From a bacterium (GTDB lineage Bacteria; UBA8248): a DNA stretch of 64,000 nt. Below, one piece after another: positions 41,613 through 55,127 of this stretch. The DNA lies in contig CBDBZY010000041.1 of the NCBI GenBank assembly GCA_965213685.1, forward strand, positions 352,001 to 416,000. Direction: 5' to 3'. Both the position numbers and the translations under genes were made by a program. Numbering within the stretch: the stretch's first letter is position 1; every line of letters starts with the position of its first letter. Below the pieces are notes generated by a model. It did no database searches. It saw only the letters and a list, made by a program, of their open reading frames with translations, and was not told where the DNA came from.

Positions 41613-42859
41613 GGCCACTGCAAATGAGAGTTTAGTTTCCCGTCCGCCGCCCGCCCCTTCTTGAGAGCGCCGCGTGGTTTGACCATTATTGACCTTTGTA
41701 CTCCATTATTGCGTCATCTTCATTCACGTGATAGCTTCAGAGTACATGTGCGGTGGTTGTCAGTGAGTCCGAGTCTTTTTCCAAGTCTTGTGCAGCTGAT
41801 ATCGTAGTTTCATGTTGTTTTTGAGCGCTTTTGCTTTGATGCTGCTTGTGAACACTTGTGTCTTCGACTCTTGCTGTCAAACCACGCTGTTACGATGGAC
41901 TATTTTGCAAAGCGAGGATGAAAGGTTGTCCTTGACAGATTTTTATGAAAGGGTAAGTTTCTGTACTCTTTACAAATTTGAAACGTGATATTAAGTTGTA
42001 TGCACTGTAGCGGTTGTTAGTCTGGCCCGGTACTGTACAGTGTATGTGTGTTGTATGCACCATACATATACAATATGCACTGCACTGTTGTGCAAATTTA
42101 ATATGGTAATTGGCATTCCAGCTTACCACAAACACGCCTCTGTTGCAAGGTCACCTCAAGGTCTGCTTATGGCTTCTCCTTTATAGGTGGTGCTTCCAAG
42201 GATAGCCACCAGTAGCAGCAAGGAAGATCATCAAGTGGTTGAAGATGTGCGAGTGGGAACTACAAAAGATGCACTGGACAGTGTTGGTGATCATGCACTC
42301 CAAGTCAGTGATGTGACTGCCTGTTTTGGACGATTTATCAAGTACTATGTGAGAGGTAGCTCCACCACTATTCCCCAAGCATCACCAATAGTCAGAAACG
42401 CATTTCAGATCATGATGTGCGCTCAGAAGCAGCAGAACACTGTCAGATTGCCTTCTCCTGTAACTGTTCGTAACAAACGTGATCAACTCTACAATGACCT
42501 TTTGGAGCTTATCAAATCGAAGGAGCTAGCTAAAGGACGTAGTCTATGTTCGACAAATGTCGTGTGAGGACCCAATCGAAAAACTCTATTACTCTGCCAA
42601 GTTTGCGGACATCTGTGTCTACTGTGGTGTTTCTGTAGATCCTTGGAGTGACAAAGAGCCTTACTATCCACAGTGTGAGGGATGTAGAGAAAAACCTCCA
42701 ATTGCTAATGCTAAGAAGTCACATTCAGTTCCTGTTTCTTAGAATTTCAATTTTTTTGTTAATGATATTCATAGTAATGAATAATGGTAATGGTCCGCCC
42801 GCCCGCATCAAATTTCCAGGAAGTCTGGACGGGAAACTAAAGTCTCATTTGCAGTGGCC
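41613..42859 (+). mobile_element. Zator-type DNA transposon, internally deleted
   Basis: 33-bp TIR GGCCACTGCAAATGAGA(G/C)TTTAGTTTCCCGTCC, TTA TSD; coding remnants (RNAFQIMM...RNKRDQLYNDL; CEDPIEKLYY...ICVYCG...YPQCEGC); empty site near 45333. Confidence 0.82.
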
Positions 42860-45800
42860 TTATCTTTGCCTTGTTTGTGGGTATTTGTTTGACGTCATTA
42901 TTTCCGTTAGGGAGTGCCCGGAAACCAGACATTCCCTCAGCATTGTGATGCTTTCCTCACTTCTCCACTACTCCCAAGAGACTCATCTCACGCCACATTC
43001 TCCATGCTATCCAAGCAGCTTCATTGGATACCTAATAAGGAAATTAATGCTAATCGTGTTTGTTTGGACACTGTTTCCTACAAAGCTATTTTAGGGAGTG
43101 CTATTATTACGTACGAAGAACATTGTAGTATGTCTTGAGTACTCAATAAACCACCTCATCATCTCAGCTGCACTCTGGACACTCAGCCTCCACACACTAT
43201 ATCACTACACAGCAATAGTCTGGCGGATATGATCCATCTCATTTTAGGGCAGCGAAGTGCACATTAATTAAGCATGTAAGATTGTGCATACCACCATCAA
43301 TTACATTCAGACAACATTAAACTGACAATAGTTAAACAATGGTGTGTAATTTCATCTATGATTTCAAAACTTAATGCAGCAAACTATCAAACAGAAGTCA
43401 CAAATTTTTAGTTGATCATAAAGAGCTACAATTCCACTATCCTCACAACTTGTGCCAACAACTAATATCAACACAATTATAGAATGCTATAACACTGTAA
43501 TATTATTCCAATCATGCTCATCCACTCTTTATCTCTTATGCAAATAGCATATTATGCGTTAAGATTCATGTATGTCAGATTATCTTCACTTGAGTACACA
43601 CATATATTACACATCTTGGAATAACAAGTTAACAGCAGTGCGATGGTAACTTTCCAAGTCATTCTCTGCAGACATGATGAAGCCTCCACATTCAACACTA
43701 TACTATTCAACAGAGCATTAGTCTAGTAGCCATGTTTTAACACGTGATGCTATAATATTGTGGACTTTCTGTCGTGAGAATTACCTATCATTCTTTCAAT
43801 TTGCTATGCTTACTCTGTTTTCATATCTGTCCTAGATATAGCAGCATAATTATTAACTTTGTTGGAGCGCCACTTCCGCTGCGGCTGCTGCTGCCTCCTT
43901 ATGTTGGGAGATTACAACCTATACATAGCAAAAGAACGATCTATCTCATCTTCTCACCTGCCACAATAGGCGCGATTTGAAGACACGGGAAGGTGTAGAG
44001 ATAAGTTGCTGTCACGTTTCTCAACTGATCCGAGGTGCGATGTCTGTGACTGCGATCGCCCTTCTTGCATGCAGGGAGGGGTCTGGAATCAGACTGTACT
44101 GCTTCGATAGTAAGGTGCTAATGACCCCTCTTGACGTTCTTGACGTGCTGCTAGTCTGCCTGAACGCAACTTTATAGTTATTCCCCAGTTATGACGTCAC
44201 CCAGAGCGTGGATAATGGACATTATTCAGGTTATCCTCATCACGCGTATCACGTTCCACGGGGCTCACCCACACGTCTTCCTCTTCCCACTCAGCCTGCC
44301 TCTCATTTTCTCCTCGGACCTCCCTCGCCACTTTCTATCATGAACGCATGTAGAGCAGAGTCACTCATCTTCTCAGTCCCCCATTCTTCCCACAAAGTAT
44401 CCTCAGTTTCACAGTACAGTGTCTGTCCCACTGCAATGCAAAATAATGTGCGCTGCGTGTGATTGATTACTATCGCACCTAGTACGGGAGTAGGTGTATG
44501 TAGAGATTGCATGGCCACGGCACTCACACCTAGCCTGGCCGTAGAAAATGCGGCTTTTCACGTTTAATATGAAAGCAACATGATTTGTACTAGCACCTTT
44601 CGCCTGACAGCTCAGTAGCATGTTGCTCAAGTTCAAAGCTAGCATGTTCCAGGGCTCTCCCTAACAGCTAGGACTCATCCATCCTAACCGTTCTCTCTAG
44701 TTCTCTCCCTGACGTCATTCATATTAAGGCTGCGGACAGAACCCAAAAATGAGACACTTTACGGACCATTCACCATGCAGGCTATCCAAACACGTAAGGT
44801 AATAATTATTACACACTTACAATAATGCATTCCTGATCTAGTTAACCTTTCACCTGAATATGTTCTTGTGTTAAGGCAAGAGGAAGGATAATCTGGTGGT
44901 GCTATTACTATATAGGCACAGGTGTACAAGCTAATCCCTTGAGACTCACTGTAGGAACAGCCTCCACACACCACATCACCAGAGTGGCTATAGTCCACTT
45001 CTCGTGTTAATTAGAAAGAAAAGCAACCGTAATTCGTAGATGAAACTTAGTGTCGTTCCAGAACCTTCCGCGAACGCAGATTGAGGTCACGTTTGCACGT
45101 TATCTCCGCATTCGCTGGGCATGGGGTCGAGACCGTTGCTCGCGCATGCGCGTTCACGGAATACGGTCTGGTTCACGAGACTAAGGTGAAACAAAAGCAC
45201 ATGGGGTGAAATTGCTGTGCATAACAAATTGACCGCACCTACACAATGGCGTCAGGGCTACAGAGAGTGTATAGTTTGACGTCAGGTTGACCGGCAGCTA
45301 GTAACTTATCAGGGGAATAATATTTCTGTAGTATTATCTCTGTCTTGTTTGTGGGTACTTGTTTGACGTCATTATTCCCGTTAGGGAGTGCCCGGAAACC
45401 AGACATTCCCTCAGCATTGTGATGCTTTCCTCACTTCTCCACTACTCCCAAGGGACTCATCTCACGCCACACTCTCCATGCTATCCAAGCAACTCCAACG
45501 GATACCTAATAAGGAAGTTAATGCTAGTCATGTTGGTTTGCATTTGTACCGGCACTACGAAACACTGTTTCCTACAAAATGTTTAATAGACTATTAGCTA
45601 TTGCGTATGAAGTACATCTTGGGTACTCAATGAACTATCTCATCATCTCAGCTGCACTCTGGAGACTCAGCCTCCACACACTATATCACTACACAGCAAT
45701 AGTCTGGCGGATATGATCCATCTCATTTTTGGGAAGCGAAGTCCACATTTACAAACATTAGGTATGCATGTTAGATTCCATTAATTTTAAACTGACAATT

Positions 45801-46071
45801 AAAAAATTGTGTGTAATTTCAACTATGATTTCAAAATTATTAATAATTATAGCAAAGTATCAAACAGAAGTCAGTTGATCATAAAGACCTACAATTCCAC
45901 CATCCTTACAACTTATGCTAACAACTATATAACATGAACACAACAGTTATAGAATGCTATAACATCATATTCCAATCATGCTCATCCACTCTTCATCTTT
46001 TGTGCAAATAGCATGTTATGCATCAATATTCATGTTACATTATCCTCACTTGAGTATATGCACACAATTAA

Positions 46072-46660
46072 CCCAACACCGATAGTGGACTTTTGGCAAC
46101 AATAACAGCTCCGCGAACTCGTCCGCTTAGCCCTGCGCACAAGCAGCGTGTAGGGGAGTGCCCTATAGCATTGGAATTGGCAGTCTTCAAAGAATTACAT
46201 CATGTTTGCAGTATGGGAATCGGACATTCACAGCGAGAGTTGCGTTCCGTGAAAGAAGCCATACAATCATGCGTGCGCCAGACGGCCGTCACTCGCGTAA
46301 GAGAACGAACTTCAACGAGTATCTACACGCTCTACAGGTACAGGTAGCTACGTGGAGTCCATAGATACGGTGTTAGCCTTGGAAAACTACGCAGTGTAGG
46401 TAAAAGCTACAAAAACCTACGTGTAGTGTCGAACGGGCGAACCGCGAAGTAGGTCGCTATGACGCTGCGCACTGCTTAGCTTGCTTCGTCTGATGGCTTT
46501 ATAGCTGGCGTGTTGAATGCACAGTGGATAGAGATAGTCCTTAGGGACTTAGAAATGTACAGGGAAAGCACCTGTTTTGAATTCTAGGTCAAAGTCTTGT
46601 GCATAACAACATGACCGCCATGTTATTAAAATTGTCTAAATGAATTCCGCTGTTAATGGG
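46072..46660. mobile_element. piggyBac-like MITE
   Basis: TTAA|CCCA ... TGTTAATGGG|TTAA with an imperfect TIR. Confidence 0.5.
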
Positions 46661-47296
46661 TTAAGTTTATTACACATTTTTGCAATAACAAGCAACGTGT
46701 GGGTTATGCACTTTCCAAGAGTGCTTTTCATTGCTTTTCATTCATAATGAAGTTTAATTAGTGATATGCAGGTGGCATAGTTGAAATTATATAATACACC
46801 TAGAGTACGGTTCCTCCATAACTAAGTCTGTGTGCAAAGTTCTAACCAGCCCCCCCCCCCAACTAACTCAGTGTGCCCTGGGCCCTGGCCCTAGCCCCAT
46901 CAAATGACCAAACATCAACCTCATCCCATCAAATGACCAAGGTTAGTGAGCAAATCTGCCCTCGATCAATCGGGTACTGGTATTGCTAGTATCTCAGACT
47001 ATAGTCTTGTTCCAGGTCTTGGTGCAGCTAAGTGAGTACAGTTGCACTATATACATGTAGCTATAGGCAAACAATGAATGTCCACCACATGAACATCCGC
47101 TCAAAATTATGCAACTTCCATGATTCAAGATAGATAATGGCTTTGTACTTGTACATACATGTAGCTATAGAGGCAAACAATTTGAATGATTAACACATCC
47201 ACCTGAAAATTGTATAACTTCCACAAAATTAATCGTGATAATATGCATGTAATTATTATACAAATTGTTCTCCAGTCCAGTGGTTAAACACAAAGC

Positions 47297-47355
47297 TTAT
47301 CCCAGACAGAGGCAGCTCACCAGGCGGAGGAGGAGGGTGGATAGGGAGTACATGC
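47297..47355 (-). pseudogene. Second, truncated P2X-like terminal exon remnant
   Basis: GMYSLSTLLLRLVSCLCLG* is paralogous to 30177-30120; the flank 'atacaaattgttctccagtccagtgg' is shared with 29855-29880. Confidence 0.55.
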
Positions 47356-48287
47356 CTGAGGGAGGGGAGGAGAGAGGGAGAGAGGGAGGGAGGGAGGGAG
47401 GGAGGGAGAGAGAGAGGGAGAGAAGGAGGGAGGGAAGGGAGAGAAGGAGAAACAGGGAAAGGAAAGAGGGAGGAAGGCAATGAGGGAGGAAAGGAAGGAG
47501 GGAGGGAGGAGAGAGTGGGAGGGAAGGAAGGAGGGAGAGGGAGAGAGCGAGGGAGGTATATAGGAGATGGCAAACTAGGAGGAAGGGGGATGGTATGATA
47601 CGAAATGTACACGGCATGTTTGGCACGGAAACAGAGGAGGTGTTTGTGAGAATAATATGGCATGGTGGTCATTCACCTTGTGTTCTCCAGGTTTCTAAGA
47701 CTCACAAAAGACAACCTCATCCCCAACCCAACAGCATCTGCAACAGATGAGAGCATAACATATCATGTCAGGAGTGTATGAGCCACCTAAAGAGTGGCGA
47801 AGGAGCATAAAAGTGCAGTTTATCAAAACCTAATGTGCCGCTGCAGTCATAGTTGAACTGCCGTGGGGCCACTGGCTGGCCTCCAACAACGTGCATATTA
47901 GGAAGTTATGATCCACATAGCGGTGTGGTGATATTATATAAGGTATACGCTCCTTTGCTGCCCTTTGGGTGGCTCATATGTTCCTGAATGTGTACATGTG
48001 TACACTGTACATGTACATGTACACAAACATTGGAGTAGAGTAGAAACTGAGCGGTGCATTGCATCCCCTGGTACTACTTTGAACCATGTGGCATCAGCAT
48101 ATGAATGTACAAGGTACTTACATGTACATGTACGTAGAATGCTCTGAACACGTTATCCCATGTACAGGTACATGTATGTAGGTCACCTAATGTACTTGTA
48201 TTATTTTGGAAGTGTTGGAGTTTCCAGTACATGTACATGTATAGTATGCGTGTGTGTGTAGGGCAGCACAGAGTATGTGTGTAGGGC

Positions 48288-48347
48288 AGCACAGTGTCCA
48301 AAGCAGTCGTCTGGTCCTCCTCATTGTCTGCATACAGTAGCATGCAT
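48288..48347 (-). pseudogene. Degraded CTR9 exon 4 remnant
   Basis: Encodes YADNEEDQTTALDTV versus CTR9 [15 protein letters not shown], with the same TTTCAG|ATGCA acceptor; nearby sequence (~48425-48445) resembles CTR9 intron 4. Confidence 0.65.
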
Positions 48348-51300
48348 CTGAAATGAGGTGGAAAGAGGGGGAGGGGGAGGGGCATAGAGGGAGCAAGTAA
48401 AGTATAGAGAAGAGGAGGGAGGGAGGGAGAAAACCAGGCGCAGAACAACAAGTGTGCGGCCACACAAGTGTACATGTATTTATGCTACATGTACTGTACA
48501 TGTACAGAAGTCTAACCACATGTAACATACAATAGCATACAATAGCATACATGTACATCTGCAATGAGATGGAAAGGGGGGAGGGTAGCAGGGGAAGGAA
48601 AGAGGAGGGAGGAAGAGATCCAGGCACACAACATGTGTGCACTAGCAACTGGCCCACATGTCATGTGTACTTATGCTACCTGTACATGCTGAAGCTGGAA
48701 GTGTGTAGACATACACATTACATTGTATATATATTTTTCTAAGCCTTTGAGGCTGCTGTAAATTGTTCGTACATATCGTGATATTGTACATTTCGGACAT
48801 ACACACAAATGTAACTAATGGTTAATGGGTTAACAAGGAACAGTACAAGTGGGAGGTTGGGGAGAGGGAGGAGGAAAAGGGAAGAACGAGACATTGAGGG
48901 GGTGATGGAGAAGGAGCAACAGCAAAACCACTACCTGAGGGAGGGGCAGGAGATGGAGAGGAAAGGAGGGAGGGGAGGCAGGAGGGAGTGGCTAGTGTGC
49001 ATGATCAGTCCTAGAGACAAGGCAATGCAAGGCTACCACTCTCAGGAACAGGGAAAAAGTGAGATGCCTCACGCAGGACTCAAAACTGCAGCATACATGT
49101 ATGTACATATGTACATACTCAGATGCCGTGGTAGCTTAGTGAATAAAGCACAGTGACATGAAAAGGAATGTTGGGAGTACGTACGTGTACATGGGATCAC
49201 AGTGTGGAGAAGGAGGAAGAGGAGAAGGAGGAGGAGAAGGAGGTGGAGAGGGAGGAGGAGGAGGAGGACTGTGCCTGACCAATTCGTATGACCAGGCAGG
49301 CAAGGTACCATTTCTCGGTCTGCACGTCAGATGAATCCAGGTCCGTGCAAAGGTCTTCTCACGGTCTGGTGGCAGACAGTGCTGGGAGGTGGCAATCATG
49401 TGGCACTCACTGCTCGTGGGGAGAGGGAGGGAGGGAGGGAGGGAGGGAGGGAGGGAGTGTTGGAAGAGCATGTCCAAACATACAGTGCCATACATGGATA
49501 TACATGTACATGTACTGTACATGTACACTGTCCCATGTGTATATTTATACATGTACATGTATTTGAAACAGGAGAGGCAGAGGGACAGGGAGATGAAGGG
49601 AGAAGGGAAGGGGATTGAGATGTACAGTGTAGAGGGTAGGAGGTGTGGATGAATAGAGGATGGATCGAGGGAGGGAGGGGGAGGGAAGGAGAGGATGGAT
49701 GAGGGGGGGGAGGGGGAGGGAGGGGGAGGGAGGGAAGGAGAGGGAGGAGGGAAGAGAGGCATGGAACTTGAGCAGCAGCACAAGCCTTACATGGAAGTGG
49801 AGGGGGTGCACTGTACAGTAGAGGGGAATACTGTGCCAGTAACACAATAGCACACATCACTGGACACCCACCAGCCTCACATGCACACAACACAATGCAC
49901 TACCGCACTGCCCCACCCTCACCACACTATAACAGCACTACAACTGCACTGCTATAGCACTGCACTGAACACACATGGGAGGCAGGAGGGAGTGGCTAGT
50001 GTGCATGATCAGTCCTAGAGACAAGGCAGCGCAAGGGACCACACCTGGGAACAGCTGCTGCTTTTTCCAGAGGAAAAGAGGTGCCTCAAGCGGACTCAAC
50101 CTCCCAACACACTGCGTACTAGGCACATGCTCTACCAGCTGAGCTACCGAGGCAGCCCAGCTGGGCAGGTACATGTACAGGCACTGTGAACTATATAAAT
50201 TGTTGTGTAATGACCTTACGATGTGTGCTCTTTTCTATCAAACTCCTTGTAAGTACACCTACTGAGTTTTTTGTAATATGATCAGTCAGCACTCACCACC
50301 CATACCTTTCTAACATCCTACTGCACTTCCATTCACTTGTATAGCTTTCTTTCATGTGATGATCAAATAGCACAGGGACACCTGTACTAATACACATGAT
50401 AGATACATATGTAGCTACAAACATGGTTTTAGGCTACGCTAACACAGGAGTTGCACAAATAATGATTCAAAAGCAAAACCACAAAGCAAAATAAACAATT
50501 CTCCAATTAAAGCAGCTTGAAGAATTTTGCCAGAGCGAGATCTTCTTCTATAATTTTGTTGCGCCAGAAATTTCTAACTAACTCAACTCTCTCCTCCAGT
50601 TTGCTTTTCATCTTCCTCTTTTCAGTCTGGCGTGCCTCTGCAATATTTCTATAATGTCGAGCTAGTGTTGGAGCTTTATTCCTCTCCTTTCTAGTTCTTT
50701 CCTGCACCGTACCGCAGGTACTGTTGCTGACTTTCTGTTGCAGCTGCAGCCAGGTTTGTTTTCAGAGACTGAGTCACAACAGCATCAAGCAATAGTGGTG
50801 CAGTATCAGAGTCATTTTCCATATTTGGTCTTTGAGCATATAACACTGCTTTACAATCCTGCTTGCCTCAATATTGCGACAAAGAGTTTCATTAGTTCTT
50901 GCTTCTCTAATTCTTGCATACTGTAGTTCTTGATCCTCATTTCTCTTCTTCCTTTCCTCTATTTCTTGCAGGTGAACCACACTAAATTTCACAGTACATT
51001 CATGTTCAACCTCTGCCTTGAGGGACTGATTCTCCTGTGTCAGTTGTTGATTCTCCAGGACCAGTTGTGTGTTTTCTTCTCCACTGATGCAATCTGATCA
51101 TTCTTCTCCTGTTCTTTTGACTGCATTTCTTGCAGGTGAACCACACTAAATTTCACAGTATGTTCATGTCAGCGTTGTTTTATGCCATCCAAAGTACCAG
51201 ACTGCCAACTCTCCTTTTTAGATTTGTGTTTATTTAAATGATAATGCTTTTGCCTATCTTTCTTTATTTGCAATGAACGATGTCTTCTGTGTGTCTGTAG

Positions 51301-51713
51301 AGAAATAATTATATCTATGTTAATAGTTACTGCAGATATGAGGTTAGACATATGTAACTATACACATATATACTGCCTGCTGAATGCTGCCAAGTGGCAG
51401 GCCTCAAATCAGAAATGTGAATACACACATATTTTGGGCTGACCCTTTTGTGTGTTGTTGTAGTACTATTAGTAGATCATAGGCTATTATTAGGTTGTGC
51501 TATTTTTGTATATTCCTATTTAGGTGTACTATATTTGTTGTAGTCTGGAAGTCTGCTGATTTAATACCAGTGTTTACAGTGTCACCTCAGAAATTGCTAT
51601 CTTGTGGTTTGCATGCAGAGTACTGGTTTCCTGTTTGACTACTCAGCTGCATTTGACAGGCTACTGATGAACTTGTATAAACATTTTAAAAGTACACAAA
51701 ACTGTGCCACATG

Positions 51714-51803
<90 letters not shown>

Positions 51804-52674
51804 TCCACACCTGCATACATACGTGTACAAACATACACACATCACATATCCCTGCCTGCCCAACCGCACAGGAGACAGATCTCAGGTCAGAAATGTGGAC
51901 ACAAGTCACACACCCCTGCCTGCCTGACTGCACAAGAGGCAGATCTCAGGTCAGAAAGACACACATCACACATCTCTGACTGCCCAACTGCACAAGAGAC
52001 AAGATGTCAGGTCAGAAATGCGGATGTACATACAATACACACATGTACCCACACGAACATATACACATATACATATCACATATTTCTGCCTGCCTGATGC
52101 AAATAGGCAGATGTCATATCAGGGGCTTACACGTACAAACACCATACACCCTTGTGTGAGATATAGACACTCATCATGTATAATCCATTTACATGGTTGT
52201 AGAAAACAATACCTTAAAAGTGGAATGAAAATTGAGGTTCGTTTCACTTGAGCCACACTGTTACATCTTCGAGGTGTTTCAGTATCACAAGCAGGGAAAC
52301 TTGATGATGATGGAGTGTCAGAAGGGGTGATAGGCCATGTTTTTGAATAAATATCCTGTATAAACATATACATCACCAGGATGAGAGAGAAAGATTAAGT
52401 GTGAAATGGACGGAGGCAGAGATTAGAGCAAAACAGGCTGGCATATATATAGAAAAAGCTCACCACAAGTGCTTTTCCTCCATCAAAAGTAATGCGACAG
52501 CTCTTGGGGAGGCGTCATTCATCATAGACTAGTGCGAGTATCCCACGCTATTCAGCATGTGCATGCGTAGTTGCGTCTTCATCGTACTATTAAACAGCTC
52601 CTCGTGAGTGTTTGTGGTTGCAGTTGCTACCGAGTCCAGTTACATTGCTTTTTCAGTGTGTACCATCCTTCAAA

Positions 52675-54315
52675 ATGGCATCTGGCAACGTTTATGGGAG
52701 AGGAGCTATGTTCACTTCAGGATCCGGTTCAAATGGAGGTGACGGAAGCGATGGAGGATTTGCATGTTCTATACCTACAGTACGCCTCGTTCACATTTAG
52801 TGCAGCCACCCAATCATGAACTAGCTAGATTGAACCAGAATTAGATCAAATGTTCGTGGTAATAACAGAGCAAAAGTCGGCGATAGAGAAAGGTAAGGTG
52901 TGGATGTTATTGGTAAATCAAAACTGCTATATTATAGAATTCCGCCATTTTCTAGATATACAAAAAGTGCTGATTTCAAGCAACAAGTTCAGACATTAGG
53001 GAGAACATGAGTGAAGTCAGAGCATCAATGAAATGACTTCAAGAGTCAAAAAGAGGTCATATACCCAAGGACTTATCTGTAAGGGCATTTTATATACAAC
53101 TTGTTTTGTCCGCTGCAGTTTACAGTTTCCTTTGTTTTGCAGAGGTGTGTAAAAGACGTCCACTCTAATCTAAGTAAGGAAGAACAGTTCAAAGGTTCTG
53201 AATCGTAAGTTTACTAATTGTGATTGGTGTATGCTTTCAGCAACTATCTGCTTTCTTATAGCTATACCAGCACACACAATGCTCAAGTGAAAGAGACTAT
53301 AATGAGTGATATGAAAGTGAAGTTTATGGGCACATACTCACCTGTTAGAATCAAGAGTAAGGATCACATGAAATGTTATATGTAAAATATGTCTGTTACT
53401 AGCTTAGTTCCAAAGGTCTGTGTTTAAGTATTTCCTCATGCCACTGTTATGTGCTAATTGGCTGTACTTCAATTACTACCTAGAGAGCACATCCTGTTTG
53501 AACAATCTTGTTGATAACGCTTCCTCTTAGCTGTGTTACTACAGTAAAAGGATCTCTTGCATACAAAATTTTGGAGCTAAACAGGTCAGATGTTTATGTA
53601 CATCATCAATGCATTATTCCTTGTACCTGCAGGATCCATCCATCGGTGTTACGAAAGTCGTAGAAGACTATTCAATAATCAACAACCTAATCACCTAGAA
53701 AAGACCAAACTTACCAGAAGTACAAAAACAGCAAACCAAAAAAAGGTTTGCAACAAAATTATACGTCTTAATTTCTCCCTTCTCTTTATTGAATGCACAA
53801 AAATGCATCATTCACATGCGTGTGTGTGCAGACACACACACACACACAGCTGTACAGCAGACGAAAAAGTTTCCTCAAGAGGGAAGAGGAAATAAAGAAA
53901 TGGTCTGAGGTAGGTCCAGCCTACATGACAGAGGAGAGTGAAGCTGAGGGAGATACCATTCAATAGCATCCTCTCAAGTGGCGGTCTGAAGGTATGTCAT
54001 TTTCTTTTATCTCTCATCTCTCCTTACTTTTTCTTTTTCTGCGGAACTGAGCAAATGGTCCAAAGGATTGATCATAGAATTGCAAAAGCACCACTGCATG
54101 GAACAATACAGCTGAAGAGGAGGGAGCGTTCTGTGTGGTCCGACTCTGGCCCACCCACAACTTTTCCGAATTGGGCAGTAGATCCTGCCTATCAGAGACG
54201 ATCTACAGTCCTGATTCCATGTAATGAAAGTTTGTCATCTGGCCAAATATTACAGCTCAGTGATTCAGAATCACAGACCACATCAACCCAGGACTCTGAC
54301 TGTAGTAGTGATTAG
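52675..54315 (+). pseudogene. Degenerate multi-exon C14orf93-like gene
   Basis: Exon-like pieces GHIPKDLS|RCVKDVHSNLSKEEQFKGSES|YTSTHNAQVKE..., SIHRCYESRRRLF, LYSRRKSFLKREEEIKKWSEVGPAYMTEESE...HPLKWRSE and ...PPTTFPNWAVD resemble the C14orf93 MSxE/PxWRS C-terminal motifs; in-frame stops are present. Family assignment is from memory of the motif only. Confidence 0.5.
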
Positions 54316-55127
54316 GCTAAGTATTGCATTGTGTTAGATTTGAATTCAAGTTTCTATTTATATTTATTTCGATAATTAAAGAGACCCCCAAGTATATAGT
54401 GTGGTTCTAGTATAAGTGCTCACTAAACAGCATACTGTGTATGCCCATGAAGGTTTTGTCACGATGTGGTGGACGGCACCGTCCTGTATTGCCTGTGGAC
54501 AGGAAGCAGATACCGCTTACACGTCAATGGCGGGCACCGTAAAAATCCCGTATAAATGTTCCCAATACGGACTAATACAAGGTCTGTCCAGAGCTCCGCG
54601 AACGCTGCGATTTACCCCACCTCAAGTTTTATGACAGAATTCATTTGCCATCAGTACGGTATCTGCAATCCGGTACTACACTTCCTGTGAAGAATAACAT
54701 AATATTATATGCACCAACACTTCATTATGAAAAATGTGATTACAATTGCAGTATACAAAGTTTTCCACTAACCTCCTGTTACATGCTGTATACATGTAAA
54801 CCAGATGCTTATAGGTGATATTTTCACAAACGTTTGGGTATAATTAACCCAACACACATAATAGCAGGTTGTATAGTGTGCGCATGCTTTCTTTACTATA
54901 GTAGTGTTAGAAAAATGTATATAATTATGTACATGTAAACCACAATGAACGTTCCACAAATTTGGGGGTGTAAGCCAACACTGCACACATAATAGCAGGT
55001 TGTAGGAGTGAAGTAACATGTATTGCATAGCAGCATACACAAATTATTAAATGTAAAATCAAATCACTAGTGGTAGTTCACATGACATTGTACAGTTGTG
55101 CATAGTGAGGTGTTATCAGAGAAACAA

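Larger units (their letters stand above)
40730..46060. repeat. Local tandem duplication (about 40730-43600 versus 44638-46060)
   Basis: Shared blocks from gctagcatgttccagggctctcc through cttcacttgagta; the copies differ by Zator and micro-hairpin insertions. Confidence 0.85.

Noticed and set aside
49275-49415. Exon-like island among CTR9-type intron repeats
   Set aside because: No frame gave a recognisable protein; left uncalled.
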